In this document: piece by piece, positions 42,616 to 51,683 of the stretch
Numbering within the stretch: the first letter of the stretch is position 1
Layout: the number at the start of each line of letters is the position of its first letter
Assembly (NCBI GenBank): GCA_964458855.1
Contig: CAYWJS010000001.1
Span: 170,927-234,926, forward strand
Source of the DNA: an uncultured Erysipelotrichia bacterium
GTDB lineage: Bacteria > Bacillota_I > Bacilli_A > CAYWJS01
Reading direction: 5' to 3'
DNA: 64,000 nt
The notes under the pieces: model-generated
Seen by the model: only the letters and a program-made list of their open reading frames with translations
Told to the model about the DNA's origin: nothing
Database searches by the model: none
Program-made: the position numbers and the translations under genes

Positions 42616-43569
42616 ATGAGGAAAAAAAGTTTCAAAAATTTAGATGAACAGATTAGGATTTTAAAAAGTAAAGGAATGATAATTACTGATGAAGAATATA
42701 CTAAGGATGTACTTTTAAGGGAAAATTATTTCTTTTTAAATGGATATCGACATGTTTTTTATGTTTCAGATAAGGAAAGACGTTATATAAAGGGAACCAC
42801 ATTTGAAGAGTTATATTCTTTATTTTTATTTGATAGAAAACTTAGAAATATTTTGTTTCGTTATTTATTGGTGGCTGAAAATAATTTTAAATCAGTTCTT
42901 AGTTATTTATTCTCGAGAAAATATGGATATGATCAAAATGAGTATTTAAAACCGTCTAATTTTACAAGTAATCCTGAAGAAAAAGGACATGTTGCAGATG
43001 TAATAAGAAAAATGAAAAGACAAATTATTTTTAACGGAAAAAAACATACTGCTACAGAGCACTATATTAAAAATTATGGTTATATTCCACTTTGGGTTTT
43101 AGTAAAAGTTTTATCATTTGGTCTTACAGCAGATATGTTTAGTGTTTTAAAAGAAGAAGATAGGAAAGAAATAAGCACTTATTACAGAGTTTCCCCAAAT
43201 AACTTGGATAACTATTTTGTAGTTTTATCAATATATCGTAATCTTTGCGCTCATGAGGATATTGTATTTGACTATAAAACACAAAGATGTATTAATGATA
43301 CTATTTATCATGACTTATTAAAAATTAAAAAAGATAAAGATGGTTATGTTAAGGGGAAAAATGATATATTAGCAGTTTTAATTGTTTTAAAACAAATACT
43401 AGTAGAAGAAGATTTTCTTGAAATGATGGATAATTTGAGTAAAATAATTAATGACTTAAAATCAAAAATTAAAATAATTTCTTTTCAGAAAATTATTGAT
43501 AGGATGGGGCTTCCCGAAAATTGGGAAAAATTAAAAGATATGAAAGTGGTGGTGGCTAATGAAAAATAA
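42616..43569 (+). CDS. Abi_2 (AbiD/AbiF-like) abortive-infection family protein
   Basis: Motifs LLRENYFFLNGYRH, LFLFDRKLRNILF, GYIPLWVLVKVLSFG and IYRNLCAHED are typical of the family. ATG 42616 is preferred over track start 42562. Confidence 0.75.
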   Translation: MRKKSFKNLDEQIRILKSKGMIITDEEYTKDVLLRENYFFLNGYRHVFYVSDKERRYIKGTTFEELYSLFLFDRKLRNILFRYLLVAENNFKSVLSYLFSRKYGYDQNEYLKPSNFTSNPEEKGHVADVIRKMKRQIIFNGKKHTATEHYIKNYGYIPLWVLVKVLSFGLTADMFSVLKEEDRKEISTYYRVSPNNLDNYFVVLSIYRNLCAHEDIVFDYKTQRCINDTIYHDLLKIKKDKDGYVKGKNDILAVLIVLKQILVEEDFLEMMDNLSKIINDLKSKIKIISFQKIIDRMGLPENWEKLKDMKVVVANEK

Positions 43570-44632
43570 TAATTTTAAGCAATTATTATTGGGAATTGTT
43601 ATAGGAATAAGCATTGCGTTTTTAACAATGGATATTTATGTAAGAATAAATCCAACCGCGCCTGCTCCTAGTAATAATAATTTAATTCATAAAAATGTGA
43701 CAATTGTTGAAAATAGTATTTCGGAAGCAATTGAAGAAATTTATGATGCGGTTGTATTTATTAATAATTATTCAGGAAATTCAATTGTTTCAACAGGAAC
43801 AGGTTTTGTTTATAAAGCTGATAATAAATATGCATATTTACTAACTAATCATCACGTTGTTGAAAATAGTACAAGAATCGAAATAATTAACTCTGATCGT
43901 GAAAAAGCAGATGCCTATCTTTTAGGATCAGATAAATATGCAGATATTGCAGTTTTAAGAGTTTCTAAAAATGCTGTAAAAAAAGTTGCTAAGCTTGGAA
44001 ATTTAGAAAATAACAATATTGGTGATACTGTATTTACTGTTGGATCCCCAATGGGAATTGAATTTTTTGGAACAATTACCAAAGGTGTAATTTCAGGAAA
44101 GGAACGTTTTGTTGATACAGATGAAATTACGATGCGAGTTATCCAAACAGATGCTGCGATCAATCCTGGAAACAGTGGCGGACCACTTGTAAATATAATG
44201 GGAGAAGTTATTGGTGTAAATACGTTGAAATTTGTTAAGGCAGAAGTAGAGGGAATGGGGTTTGCAATTCCTATAGACGATGCAATGAAGTATGCTGAAA
44301 AACTTGAAAAGGGAGAAAAAATTGTTCGTCCTCTTCTTGGGGTAACATTAGTAAATATTGAAAATTTATTTTATTTCCCACAACTTAAAATTGATAAAAA
44401 CATTAAAAGTGGTGCTGTTATAAATGAAGTATATGATAATACACCAGCAAGTCGTGCAGGACTTAAAACAAACGATATTATTATTAAAGTAAATGAAATA
44501 GAAGTTCCAAATATTGCATATCTTCGGTATACGCTTTATCAATATAATATTGGTGATACAATCACTTTAACAATTATTCGTGATGGAAAAGAAATACAAA
44601 AACAAGTAAAACTAGATATGGCCTTAGATTAA
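43559..44632 (+). CDS. htrA: HtrA/DegP-family serine protease with PDZ domain
   Basis: TM anchor, catalytic triad contexts NHHVV, DIAVL and GNSGGPL, and a C-terminal PDZ domain. Confidence 0.9.
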   Translation: MKNNNFKQLLLGIVIGISIAFLTMDIYVRINPTAPAPSNNNLIHKNVTIVENSISEAIEEIYDAVVFINNYSGNSIVSTGTGFVYKADNKYAYLLTNHHVVENSTRIEIINSDREKADAYLLGSDKYADIAVLRVSKNAVKKVAKLGNLENNNIGDTVFTVGSPMGIEFFGTITKGVISGKERFVDTDEITMRVIQTDAAINPGNSGGPLVNIMGEVIGVNTLKFVKAEVEGMGFAIPIDDAMKYAEKLEKGEKIVRPLLGVTLVNIENLFYFPQLKIDKNIKSGAVINEVYDNTPASRAGLKTNDIIIKVNEIEVPNIAYLRYTLYQYNIGDTITLTIIRDGKEIQKQVKLDMALD

Positions 44633-44658
44633 CATCTCTTAAAAAGAGATGTTTTTTT
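44631..44658 (+). terminator. Intrinsic terminator after htrA
   Basis: AACATCTCTT-aaa-AAGAGATGTT followed by ttttt. Confidence 0.8.
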
Positions 44659-44706
44659 CACTCCCAAAACTTTGATGAATATATATAGTATAGAGATGGG
44701 AGTGAT

Positions 44707-46155
44707 ATGATGGTAGTCATAGATGCAGGTCATGGTGGGAGTGATCCGGGTGCTGTTGCAAATAACATTATTGAAAAAAATTATAATTTATTAATTAGTA
44801 ATTATATATATGAAAGACTTTCTGAACTTGGTATTCCAGTGGCAAGAACAAGGGATTCGGATATTACTTTAACTCCTACTGAACGTGTAAATATAATTAG
44901 AACATATGCCAACAGTCCTAGTGATATAGTTATATCGAATCATTTAAATGCAGGTGGCGGAGATGGAGCAGAGGTGATTTATGCACTAAGAAATAGTAGT
45001 GAGTTTGCTAATGTGATTTTAGAAGAATTAAGAGCTGCGGGTCAAAATATAAGAAAAGCATATCAAAGAAGACTTCCTGAAAATACAGAACTTGATTATT
45101 ATTTTATTATCCGTGATACCGCACCAATGCAAACAGTACTTATTGAGTATGGTTTTGTTGATAGTCCTTATGATGATCTAGTTTTAATTAAAAGTAGGTG
45201 GGCGGATTTAGCAGAAGCAGCAGTAAGAGCAGTTGCACGGTACCTAAATTATCCATATAGTCCACCAATAGCAGAAGAAGTATATATTGTGCAACCAGGA
45301 GATACCTTATATTCAATTGCAAGAAGATTTGGCTTAACAGTTGCAGATTTAAAAAGAATTAATAATTTAGTTTCTGATACATTACAAATTGGTCAGATTT
45401 TAGCTCTTAAAGAAACTGAAGTATTACCACCACCAACTTTAGAGCCGGAAGAAGGTTTTATTATTCATACTGTTACAAAAGGGGATACTTTATATAGTTT
45501 GGCAAGAATTTATAGTACTACAGTAGAGGAAATTAAAGCAATTAATAATTTAACGAGTAACATTTTACAAATTGGTCAAGAATTAAAAATTCCAGTTATA
45601 ACAACAGTTCCGGAAGAACCAGTCATTCCAGAGGAACCTATTCCTCCGGAAATACCAACCATACCGCCAATAGGTGAATATGATCAATATGTAGTTCGAG
45701 CAGGGGATACCTTATATTCAATTGCAAGAAGATATAATACTGATGTTCAAACAATTATGATGCTTAATAATCTTACAAGCGATCTTTTAAGTATCGGCAC
45801 AATTTTAATTGTTCCTCGCCCAAGCGATTTTACTACAGAACCTCCTCCGCCGACTGAAAGTTTTATTCAATATGTTGTAAAAAGTGGTGATAATTTATAT
45901 TCGATTGCTAATAGATTTAATACTACAGTGGATGCAATAAAAAGAAAAAACAACTTAATAACAAATTTGTTGTCAATTGGTCAAATATTAGAAATTCCAA
46001 TAAGCGGGGAAATGATTACTTACATTGTTGAATCAGGCGATAATCTTTGGGATATTGCAAGGGCTTATAATACAACTGTTGAAGAAATAAAAAGAATAAA
46101 TAATTTAAAAAGTAATGCTTTGCAAATTGGTCAAACTTTATTAATACCAAGATAA
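44707..46155 (+). CDS. N-acetylmuramoyl-L-alanine amidase (Amidase_3) with five LysM repeats and Pro-rich linkers
   Basis: VVIDAGHGGSDPGAV, SNHLNAGGG and five YxVxxGDxLYSIA LysM units. Confidence 0.9.
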   Translation: MMVVIDAGHGGSDPGAVANNIIEKNYNLLISNYIYERLSELGIPVARTRDSDITLTPTERVNIIRTYANSPSDIVISNHLNAGGGDGAEVIYALRNSSEFANVILEELRAAGQNIRKAYQRRLPENTELDYYFIIRDTAPMQTVLIEYGFVDSPYDDLVLIKSRWADLAEAAVRAVARYLNYPYSPPIAEEVYIVQPGDTLYSIARRFGLTVADLKRINNLVSDTLQIGQILALKETEVLPPPTLEPEEGFIIHTVTKGDTLYSLARIYSTTVEEIKAINNLTSNILQIGQELKIPVITTVPEEPVIPEEPIPPEIPTIPPIGEYDQYVVRAGDTLYSIARRYNTDVQTIMMLNNLTSDLLSIGTILIVPRPSDFTTEPPPPTESFIQYVVKSGDNLYSIANRFNTTVDAIKRKNNLITNLLSIGQILEIPISGEMITYIVESGDNLWDIARAYNTTVEEIKRINNLKSNALQIGQTLLIPR

Positions 46156-46156
46156 C

Positions 46157-46186
46157 AAAAAAACCCAGTTTTAAACTGGGTTTTTT
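46157..46186. terminator. Bidirectional terminator
   Basis: aaaaaaaCCCAGTT-tta-AACTGGGtttttt. Confidence 0.8.
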
Positions 46187-46194
46187 AATGTAAA

Positions 46195-47127
46195 TTATGG
46201 CTTATTTTCATATGCATACGGATCATATTTGGGCTCAAAATAAGCTTTCTTTACATTGTAAGAATTTTTTTGAATTAAGATTTCTAAAGATAGAGGATCA
46301 ACATTAAAATGGTTATTATTTTTTAATAAAATTGCAAACTTATTGATATTTTTATCTAATTGTTTTTTTAGAGAGTTATAACTTACTGTGTTACGTTTAG
46401 TTTGAATAATATTTTTTTGTTTTGCAAAAAAGTAATTAATTAATTCATTTTTAACAGTACTTTTAGCATTTTCGTTTTTATATTTTTTATACTTATCTGC
46501 ATTACCAACAAGCTTAAAGAAAAAAAAGTCAGAATTTATTAGTGCTGAAAGCTCGGCACGAACACCATCTAAATTTGCGTCAAAATAGTATGATATTAGT
46601 TTTTTGGGTTCAATAATTTGACTTAAGGCTTCTATTGTAAATGTTTCAAAAGAGTTGCTATCATTAAGATTTTTCCCTTTCAATTTTTTTGTTAAAAACT
46701 TAATCATTCCCTCATTAAGTGCTATTCCAATGTCTTTAATAATACTTTCTTTATTTTTTGATTCACAATAAAATCCAGAAAACAAAATATCTTTTTCTTT
46801 ATTATAGACAGTGCTTGCCACGCGAATCATTTCTTGAGTTAATTTTTGTTCAAATAATTTTTTGTTATTTTCTTTTATATTTTTATTATAAATAATTGTA
46901 TTATCATAATGTAGGTATTTTACTATTAAAATTCTTTTTTGTTTCCTTTCTAGAAGTATTTCTTCCTTTGTTGCTTCTTTAATTTTTAAATTAGAAAGGT
47001 TATCTTTTAAAAACTTAAAGTTTTGGTCTGGTTGCAACTTTAAAATCATTTTTGAAATGTTTGTTATTAGTGGTTTAAAGTCGCCACTAATATTATCATT
47101 TCTTTCAATGGTTTTTTTGATATTCAT
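46195..47127 (-). CDS. Hypothetical protein (310 aa)
   Basis: AAGGAGAAG RBS before the ATG. No family recognised (contains IALNEGMIKFLTKKL). Confidence 0.65.
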   Translation of the reverse strand: MNIKKTIERNDNISGDFKPLITNISKMILKLQPDQNFKFLKDNLSNLKIKEATKEEILLERKQKRILIVKYLHYDNTIIYNKNIKENNKKLFEQKLTQEMIRVASTVYNKEKDILFSGFYCESKNKESIIKDIGIALNEGMIKFLTKKLKGKNLNDSNSFETFTIEALSQIIEPKKLISYYFDANLDGVRAELSALINSDFFFFKLVGNADKYKKYKNENAKSTVKNELINYFFAKQKNIIQTKRNTVSYNSLKKQLDKNINKFAILLKNNNHFNVDPLSLEILIQKNSYNVKKAYFEPKYDPYAYENKP

Positions 47128-47269
47128 TTTTCTTCTCCTTTATATTTTTAGCGCGTTTAAAACAAAACGGAAAATTCGTCTTATTAAACGCAGCGAAATA
47201 TTTTTTTATTTGATATACTTTTTGCTGCAAGAAAATATTTTGCAGTTTGTTGTATATCTAACGACATTT

Positions 47270-47400
47270 CAGCCGTAGCAGCATCCGCCGATAACTCGAT
47301 CACTGCTATCCTCGTCAATCGTTTCCGATCCAGGCGCTGATTAATAAACTACCCTGACTACCCTCCTTGGTAATTTATTAACTACCGCTATTATATTATA
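47270..47400 (-). promoter_or_regulatory. GC-rich structured element in the 5' leader of 46195..47127 (candidate riboswitch or ncRNA, class unknown)
   Basis: On the minus strand there is a 13-bp helix TTAATAAATTACC/GGTAGTTTATTAA with an AAGGAGGG-containing loop. There is also an ATCG-GAAA-CGAT tetraloop hairpin, nested GCAG/CTGC and TCAGC/GCTGA pairings. GC content is visibly above that of the flanks. Confidence 0.3.
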
Positions 47401-47440
47401 ACTTGTGTAAAAGTTTGTGGAATTTTGTCGAACATATTAA

Positions 47441-47470
47441 TGTAAAAAAATCCTCATTTGAAGATTTTTT
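47441..47470 (-). terminator. Probable terminator of the CwlJ/SleB-like gene
   Basis: Minus strand: aaaaaATCTTC-aaat-GAGGATttttttt (one mismatch). Confidence 0.45.
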
Positions 47471-47897
47471 AGTATAATTCAGGACAAACTCCTGGTGCGG
47501 GTCGATAAAAACAATGCGATTTATATCGTCCTGCAAGACTTTGCCCAAACCAAGTTGGATCACATGGTACATTTATTCCGGGTGCACGAAACCATAGGGC
47601 ATGAGTTGCAGGATAATAATATTCTCCTTTTAATACTCGTTCAGCTAGTTCTCTTTCTTTTGTTGTTGCTGAACCAAAAAATAAACTGCTTTTACTTCCC
47701 GAAAAACCTCCTGGGGTTTGAAAAACCGCTTGGTAAATATTAGTTATTGGATGAAAAGTGTAACAACTTACTAAAACTCTATTTACAACAACATTTCCTA
47801 CCATAAGCATTCCTAAATCTCCTTCTCCAACTGCTTCTGCTCTCATTAATCGTCCAAGGAGATCAATATCTTTTGTTGTGTATGCGATAACTGCCAT
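47469..47897 (-). CDS. Cell wall hydrolase, CwlJ/SleB-like (Hydrolase_2 family)
   Basis: LLGRLMRAEAVGEG..GMLMVGNVVVNRV and later motifs match germination-type cortex lytic enzymes. Confidence 0.85.
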   Translation of the reverse strand: MAVIAYTTKDIDLLGRLMRAEAVGEGDLGMLMVGNVVVNRVLVSCYTFHPITNIYQAVFQTPGGFSGSKSSLFFGSATTKERELAERVLKGEYYYPATHALWFRAPGINVPCDPTWFGQSLAGRYKSHCFYRPAPGVCPELY

Positions 47898-47939
47898 TAA
47901 ATCACCACCATTTTAGTTTTAATGCTCTAATATATGTTA

Positions 47940-47968
47940 TTGTCAAAAAAAATAAATTATGCTATAAT
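47940..47968 (+). promoter_or_regulatory. Extended -10 promoter for tRNA-Trp
   Basis: TTGTCA, 17-nt spacer ending in TGc, then TATAAT. Confidence 0.55.
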
Positions 47969-47981
47969 ATCACATGCTTAT

Positions 47982-48055
47982 AGGGGCATAGTTAAATGGT
48001 ATAACAGCGGTCTCCAAAACCGCCGTTGTGGGTTCGATTCCTACTGCCCCTGCCA
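47982..48055 (+). tRNA. tRNA-Trp (CCA), CCA end encoded
   Basis: Acceptor AGGGGCA/TGCCCCT, anticodon stem GCGGT/ACCGC with loop CTCCAAA, and T-loop GGTTCGATTCC. Confidence 0.9.
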
Positions 48056-48066
48056 TAAATAAAAAT

Positions 48067-48091
48067 AAAAAAGTTCCTTTTGGAACTTTTT
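48067..48091 (+). terminator. Terminator after tRNA-Trp
   Basis: aaaaaaGTTCC-tttt-GGAACttttt. Confidence 0.8.
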
Positions 48092-48139
48092 CTGTTGTTA
48101 AACTTATAAATTTGTTATAATAATATTAGAGGTGATATA

Positions 48140-48343
48140 ATGACTCTTATTGGTCAAGAAATGAAAAAGTGTATAAAATGTGGAAAAGAAAGCCAACAAA
48201 TGGTCGTTTATAGTGTAAATTTTTTAGTTGGAACAGAAGAAGAAAATAGAAACCTTTTATCTCGTAAACAAGTATGCCCACATTGCAATTACACTGCTTT
48301 TGATATTTCAAAAGAAGAAAACTCTTTAGGAATGGAAAAATAA
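48140..48343 (+). CDS. Small zinc-ribbon protein (CxxC...CxxC)
   Basis: GAGGTG RBS. CIKCGK...CPHCNY. Confidence 0.55.
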   Translation: MTLIGQEMKKCIKCGKESQQMVVYSVNFLVGTEEENRNLLSRKQVCPHCNYTAFDISKEENSLGMEK

Positions 48344-48474
48344 TTAGTAATTTTAAAATTATTATAAAAAAGACTTTCGAAAGTTGTAATAAGTATTTTT
48401 AAATTTAAAACAATAAGAAGGTCTTTATTTTTGTCTTTTTCTAGCACTTCCCCCCCTTTAACTGCTAAAAAATA

Positions 48475-48503
48475 TTGACAAAACAAAAAATATAATAAAA
48501 TAT
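48475..48503 (+). promoter_or_regulatory. Putative groES promoter
   Basis: TTGACA at 48475-48480. The -10 element is ambiguous (TAAAAT or AAATAT) in the A/T-rich spacer. Confidence 0.35.
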
Positions 48504-48505
48504 TT

Positions 48506-48532
48506 TTAGCAGTCATATAATAAGAGTGCTAA
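48506..48532 (+). promoter_or_regulatory. CIRCE operator (HrcA binding site)
   Basis: TTAGCAGTC-N9-GAGTGCTAA, one mismatch to the consensus TTAGCACTC-N9-GAGTGCTAA, directly upstream of the groES RBS. Confidence 0.8.
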
Positions 48533-48551
48533 AGGGAGGGAGAGATAACTT

Positions 48552-49292
<741 letters not shown>

Positions 49293-49311
49293 TCTTTTGA
49301 TTTGGCGAAAA

Positions 49312-49339
49312 TTGACAAATTGTCGTTTTGTGCTACGAT
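49312..49339 (+). promoter_or_regulatory. L1 promoter (diverged copy of the locus promoter cassette)
   Basis: TTGACA-aattgtcgttttgtgc-TACGAT. It shares the TTGTCG..TT.GTGCTA core with the cassettes at 50912 and 53407. Confidence 0.5.
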
Positions 49340-49374
49340 ATTATAAGGTAATGATTATAGGAAGGGGTAGAAGT

Positions 49375-50850
49375 GTGGAATACATAGAAAAAGGACGAAT
49401 AGCACGAATTAGAAGTTTAATTGCTATGAGTGCTATAACAGCAATAATTTTGATTATTTCAACTTATGCGTGGTTTGTTGGTATGCAATCAGTTTATGTT
49501 TCCAATTTTGAAATTGATGTACAAGTGGCAGAAGGACTTTCACTTTCATTGGATGGGGAAAATTGGGATTCAAGGTTGACTTTTTCAGTGGATGATATAG
49601 AAAGATTAGGTTATGCTGGAAGTACTAATAGCAAAGGTGGTGCTGGTTTAATTCCAGTATCAACGGTAGGTGCAATGGATACTCGTGCTTCAAGAATGAT
49701 ATTGTTTGAAAAATCAAGTTTTGCTCCAACACCTGGTGGTTATCGAATAATGGCCAGCCGGGTTAAAAATTATTATGATGAAGAAGAAATTTTAGCCCCA
49801 GAACAAGATGGTTATGTAGTTTTTGATTTGTTTATTAGAAACTTATCAGGTACTGAGTACTATGTAAATAATGATCCAAGAAATGAAGAAGCAATTTATT
49901 TAACAACTGATTCAAAAGTGGTTGTTGAAACATCTGGTGGTATTCCTGATACTGGTATTGAAAACTCAGTGAGAATAGCATTTGCACAAATTGGACGTGT
50001 TAAAGCTGACACGGTCCCTTCAATAGTCGCAGGTATTACTTGTAATCCTGATCCTGCTACAGGTGAACCAACTGTTGTAGGTGCTGTAACAGGAATTTGT
50101 CGAAAAGCTCAAATTTGGGAACCAAATGATACAGAGCATAACGCAAATGCAATTAGTTATTATAAAACTTCTTGTCGAAGAAGAATTGCTGGTGGATTTG
50201 GTGCTTCGTCGTATTCAAGTGCTGAGTGTTCAGATATTGTTGGAACCGTTCCTACATTTGCAATTCACAGAGAACTTTCATTTACTGATGAAGTAGATCT
50301 TTATGATGGATATACTGATCCAGAAGATTCAGATAACTTTATATATAATGGTTTTAGCAATGGGGTTTTAGAACCATTTGATTACTTTACTGATTCAGAA
50401 AAAATATTAAAAGGAGTTGAGCGTCCAGCATTTATGACGCTTGCACCTAATAGTATTACTAAAGTAAGAGTTTATATTTATATTGAAGGTCAAGATATTG
50501 ATAATTATAACTTTGCTCAAATCGGAAAAAGAATTGCTGTTAATTTTGGATTCACGAAAGAAAGACTTACTCAAGATGATATTGAGTATGAAGGTCCTGA
50601 TTTAGCCCCGGTTATTAACTTACTCGGCGACAATCCTTTAACAGTTATAGCAGGAGAAAAATATGAGGAGCCAGGTTATAGAGCACTTGATGATTTTGAT
50701 GGGGATATAACACATTTGGTTGAAATAGATTATGGTGAGTTTAATCCAGAATCACCAAGCTTAGGTAATTACACAATAACATATACTGTTCAGGATAAAT
50801 CCGAAAATGTAACTTTGGTAACAAGACAAATATATGTAGTTTCTAATTAA
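49375..50850 (+). CDS. L1: secreted paralog, SipW-type signal anchor (..ISTYA|WF) plus conserved core plus C-terminal DUF5011 Ig-like domain
   Basis: GTG 49375 lies 7-8 nt after AGGAAGGGG. Track start 49297 would lie inside the promoter. The N-terminus aligns with L3 and L4. The C-terminus PVINLLGDNPLTV..GEKYEEPGYRALDDFDGDIT....GNYTITYTVQDKSENV is DUF5011-like. Confidence 0.8.
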   Translation: MEYIEKGRIARIRSLIAMSAITAIILIISTYAWFVGMQSVYVSNFEIDVQVAEGLSLSLDGENWDSRLTFSVDDIERLGYAGSTNSKGGAGLIPVSTVGAMDTRASRMILFEKSSFAPTPGGYRIMASRVKNYYDEEEILAPEQDGYVVFDLFIRNLSGTEYYVNNDPRNEEAIYLTTDSKVVVETSGGIPDTGIENSVRIAFAQIGRVKADTVPSIVAGITCNPDPATGEPTVVGAVTGICRKAQIWEPNDTEHNANAISYYKTSCRRRIAGGFGASSYSSAECSDIVGTVPTFAIHRELSFTDEVDLYDGYTDPEDSDNFIYNGFSNGVLEPFDYFTDSEKILKGVERPAFMTLAPNSITKVRVYIYIEGQDIDNYNFAQIGKRIAVNFGFTKERLTQDDIEYEGPDLAPVINLLGDNPLTVIAGEKYEEPGYRALDDFDGDITHLVEIDYGEFNPESPSLGNYTITYTVQDKSENVTLVTRQIYVVSN

Positions 50851-50879
50851 GAGTAATCAATAGATTACTCTTTTTTTAT
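50851..50879 (+). terminator. Terminator after L1
   Basis: AGAGTAATC-aata-GATTACTCT followed by ttttttatttt. Confidence 0.75.
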
Positions 50880-50911
50880 TTTTCGCATTTTATTGTTTAA
50901 AAATTAAATTA

Positions 50912-50956
50912 TATTGACCATTTTGTCGATTCGTGCTAATATATAAGTGTATAATT
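50912..50956 (+). repeat. 45-nt promoter cassette, copy 1 (repeated at 53407..53451 with 1 mismatch)
   Basis: tATTGACCATTTTGTCGATTCGTGCTAATATATA(a/g)GTGTATAATT read in both places. Confidence 0.85.
50914..50942 (+). promoter_or_regulatory. L2-L3 promoter (extended -10)
   Basis: TTGACC, 17-nt spacer ending in TGc, then TAATAT. Confidence 0.6.
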
Positions 50957-50975
50957 AAAGAGGTAGAGATAAGAA

Positions 50976-51674
50976 ATGAGTGACAAAATTTTTTTAAAAG
51001 CTAGCAGAGTAAAACAACGAAAAAAAATAATGAAAATTGCCAGGTTAATAGCGCTTATTCTTGCTTTGCTCTTGCTTATCTCTTACATAGTTATTCGTAT
51101 TATTTATGGAAGTGGAACTTTTACGATTCGGTTGGATCGAAAGTTATATTATGATAGAGGTCTTATAATTTACGATGATCCAAACTATATGGTTTTTAGA
51201 TCCGAATTACATGCAGAACCAGTTGATTTTTTAGATAATATTTCTTATAAATGGTTACCAACCGATCTTCATGAACATGAAGGTGGTTCACATAATGGGG
51301 ATAATTATATAGCATATACTTTTTATTTAACCAATACGGGAGAATATCCAGCAAATTATTGGTCAGAAATTACTATTGATTATGTGATGAAAGAAGTTGA
51401 TGAGGCAGTAAGGGTAAGGGTCTATAAGAATGGAGAATATAAAACTTATGCGAAAATTGGAAAAAACGGAAGACCTGAACCAGAAACTGTTCCTTTTGTA
51501 TCAGATAGAATAATTACAACAGAGTTTGTTGAAAGGTTTCAACCGGAGGAAACAAATAAATACACTATAGTTATATGGTTAGAGGGAACTGACCCAGAAT
51601 GTACAGATAACATTTTGGGTGGAGAAATAAAACTGTCAATGAGTTTTAATGCAGAAATATTAGATGAAAATTAA
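50976..51674 (+). CDS. L2: membrane-anchored mini-paralog of the L1/L3/L4 core (no YAWF site, no DUF5011)
   Basis: AGAGGTAGAG RBS and one TM. It shares YIAYTFYLTNTGEY and TIVIWLEGTDPECTDNILGGEIKLSMSF with the FDLFIKNxSGxEYY and VYIWIEGQDIDNY...VxFGF motifs of the larger paralogs. Confidence 0.75.
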   Translation: MSDKIFLKASRVKQRKKIMKIARLIALILALLLLISYIVIRIIYGSGTFTIRLDRKLYYDRGLIIYDDPNYMVFRSELHAEPVDFLDNISYKWLPTDLHEHEGGSHNGDNYIAYTFYLTNTGEYPANYWSEITIDYVMKEVDEAVRVRVYKNGEYKTYAKIGKNGRPEPETVPFVSDRIITTEFVERFQPEETNKYTIVIWLEGTDPECTDNILGGEIKLSMSFNAEILDEN

Positions 51675-51683
51675 AGGAGAGAT

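Noticed and set aside
47057-47278. Plus-strand ORF of 73 aa, plus the 47495..47743 ORF
   Set aside because: The first overlaps the start of the minus-strand 310-aa gene and its leader. The second is antisense to the CwlJ/SleB-like gene. Neither has an RBS or recognisable similarity.
48373-48384. 12-nt palindrome ACTTTCGAAAGT downstream of the zinc-ribbon ORF as a terminator
   Set aside because: The stem would have essentially no loop and no T-tract follows. It is too short to interpret.
48289-48516. Minus-strand 75-aa ORF
   Set aside because: It spans the groES promoter/CIRCE region and the 3' end of the zinc-ribbon ORF, so it is most likely an artefact of AT-rich intergenic sequence.
49297-49374. 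ORF-track start of L1 at 49297 (MIWRKLTNCRFVLRYYKVMIIGRGRS...)
   Set aside because: This segment contains the terminator tail of the groEL remnant and the L1 promoter (-35 at 49312). The paralogs L3 and L4 align only from the GTG at 49375, which also has a proper RBS.
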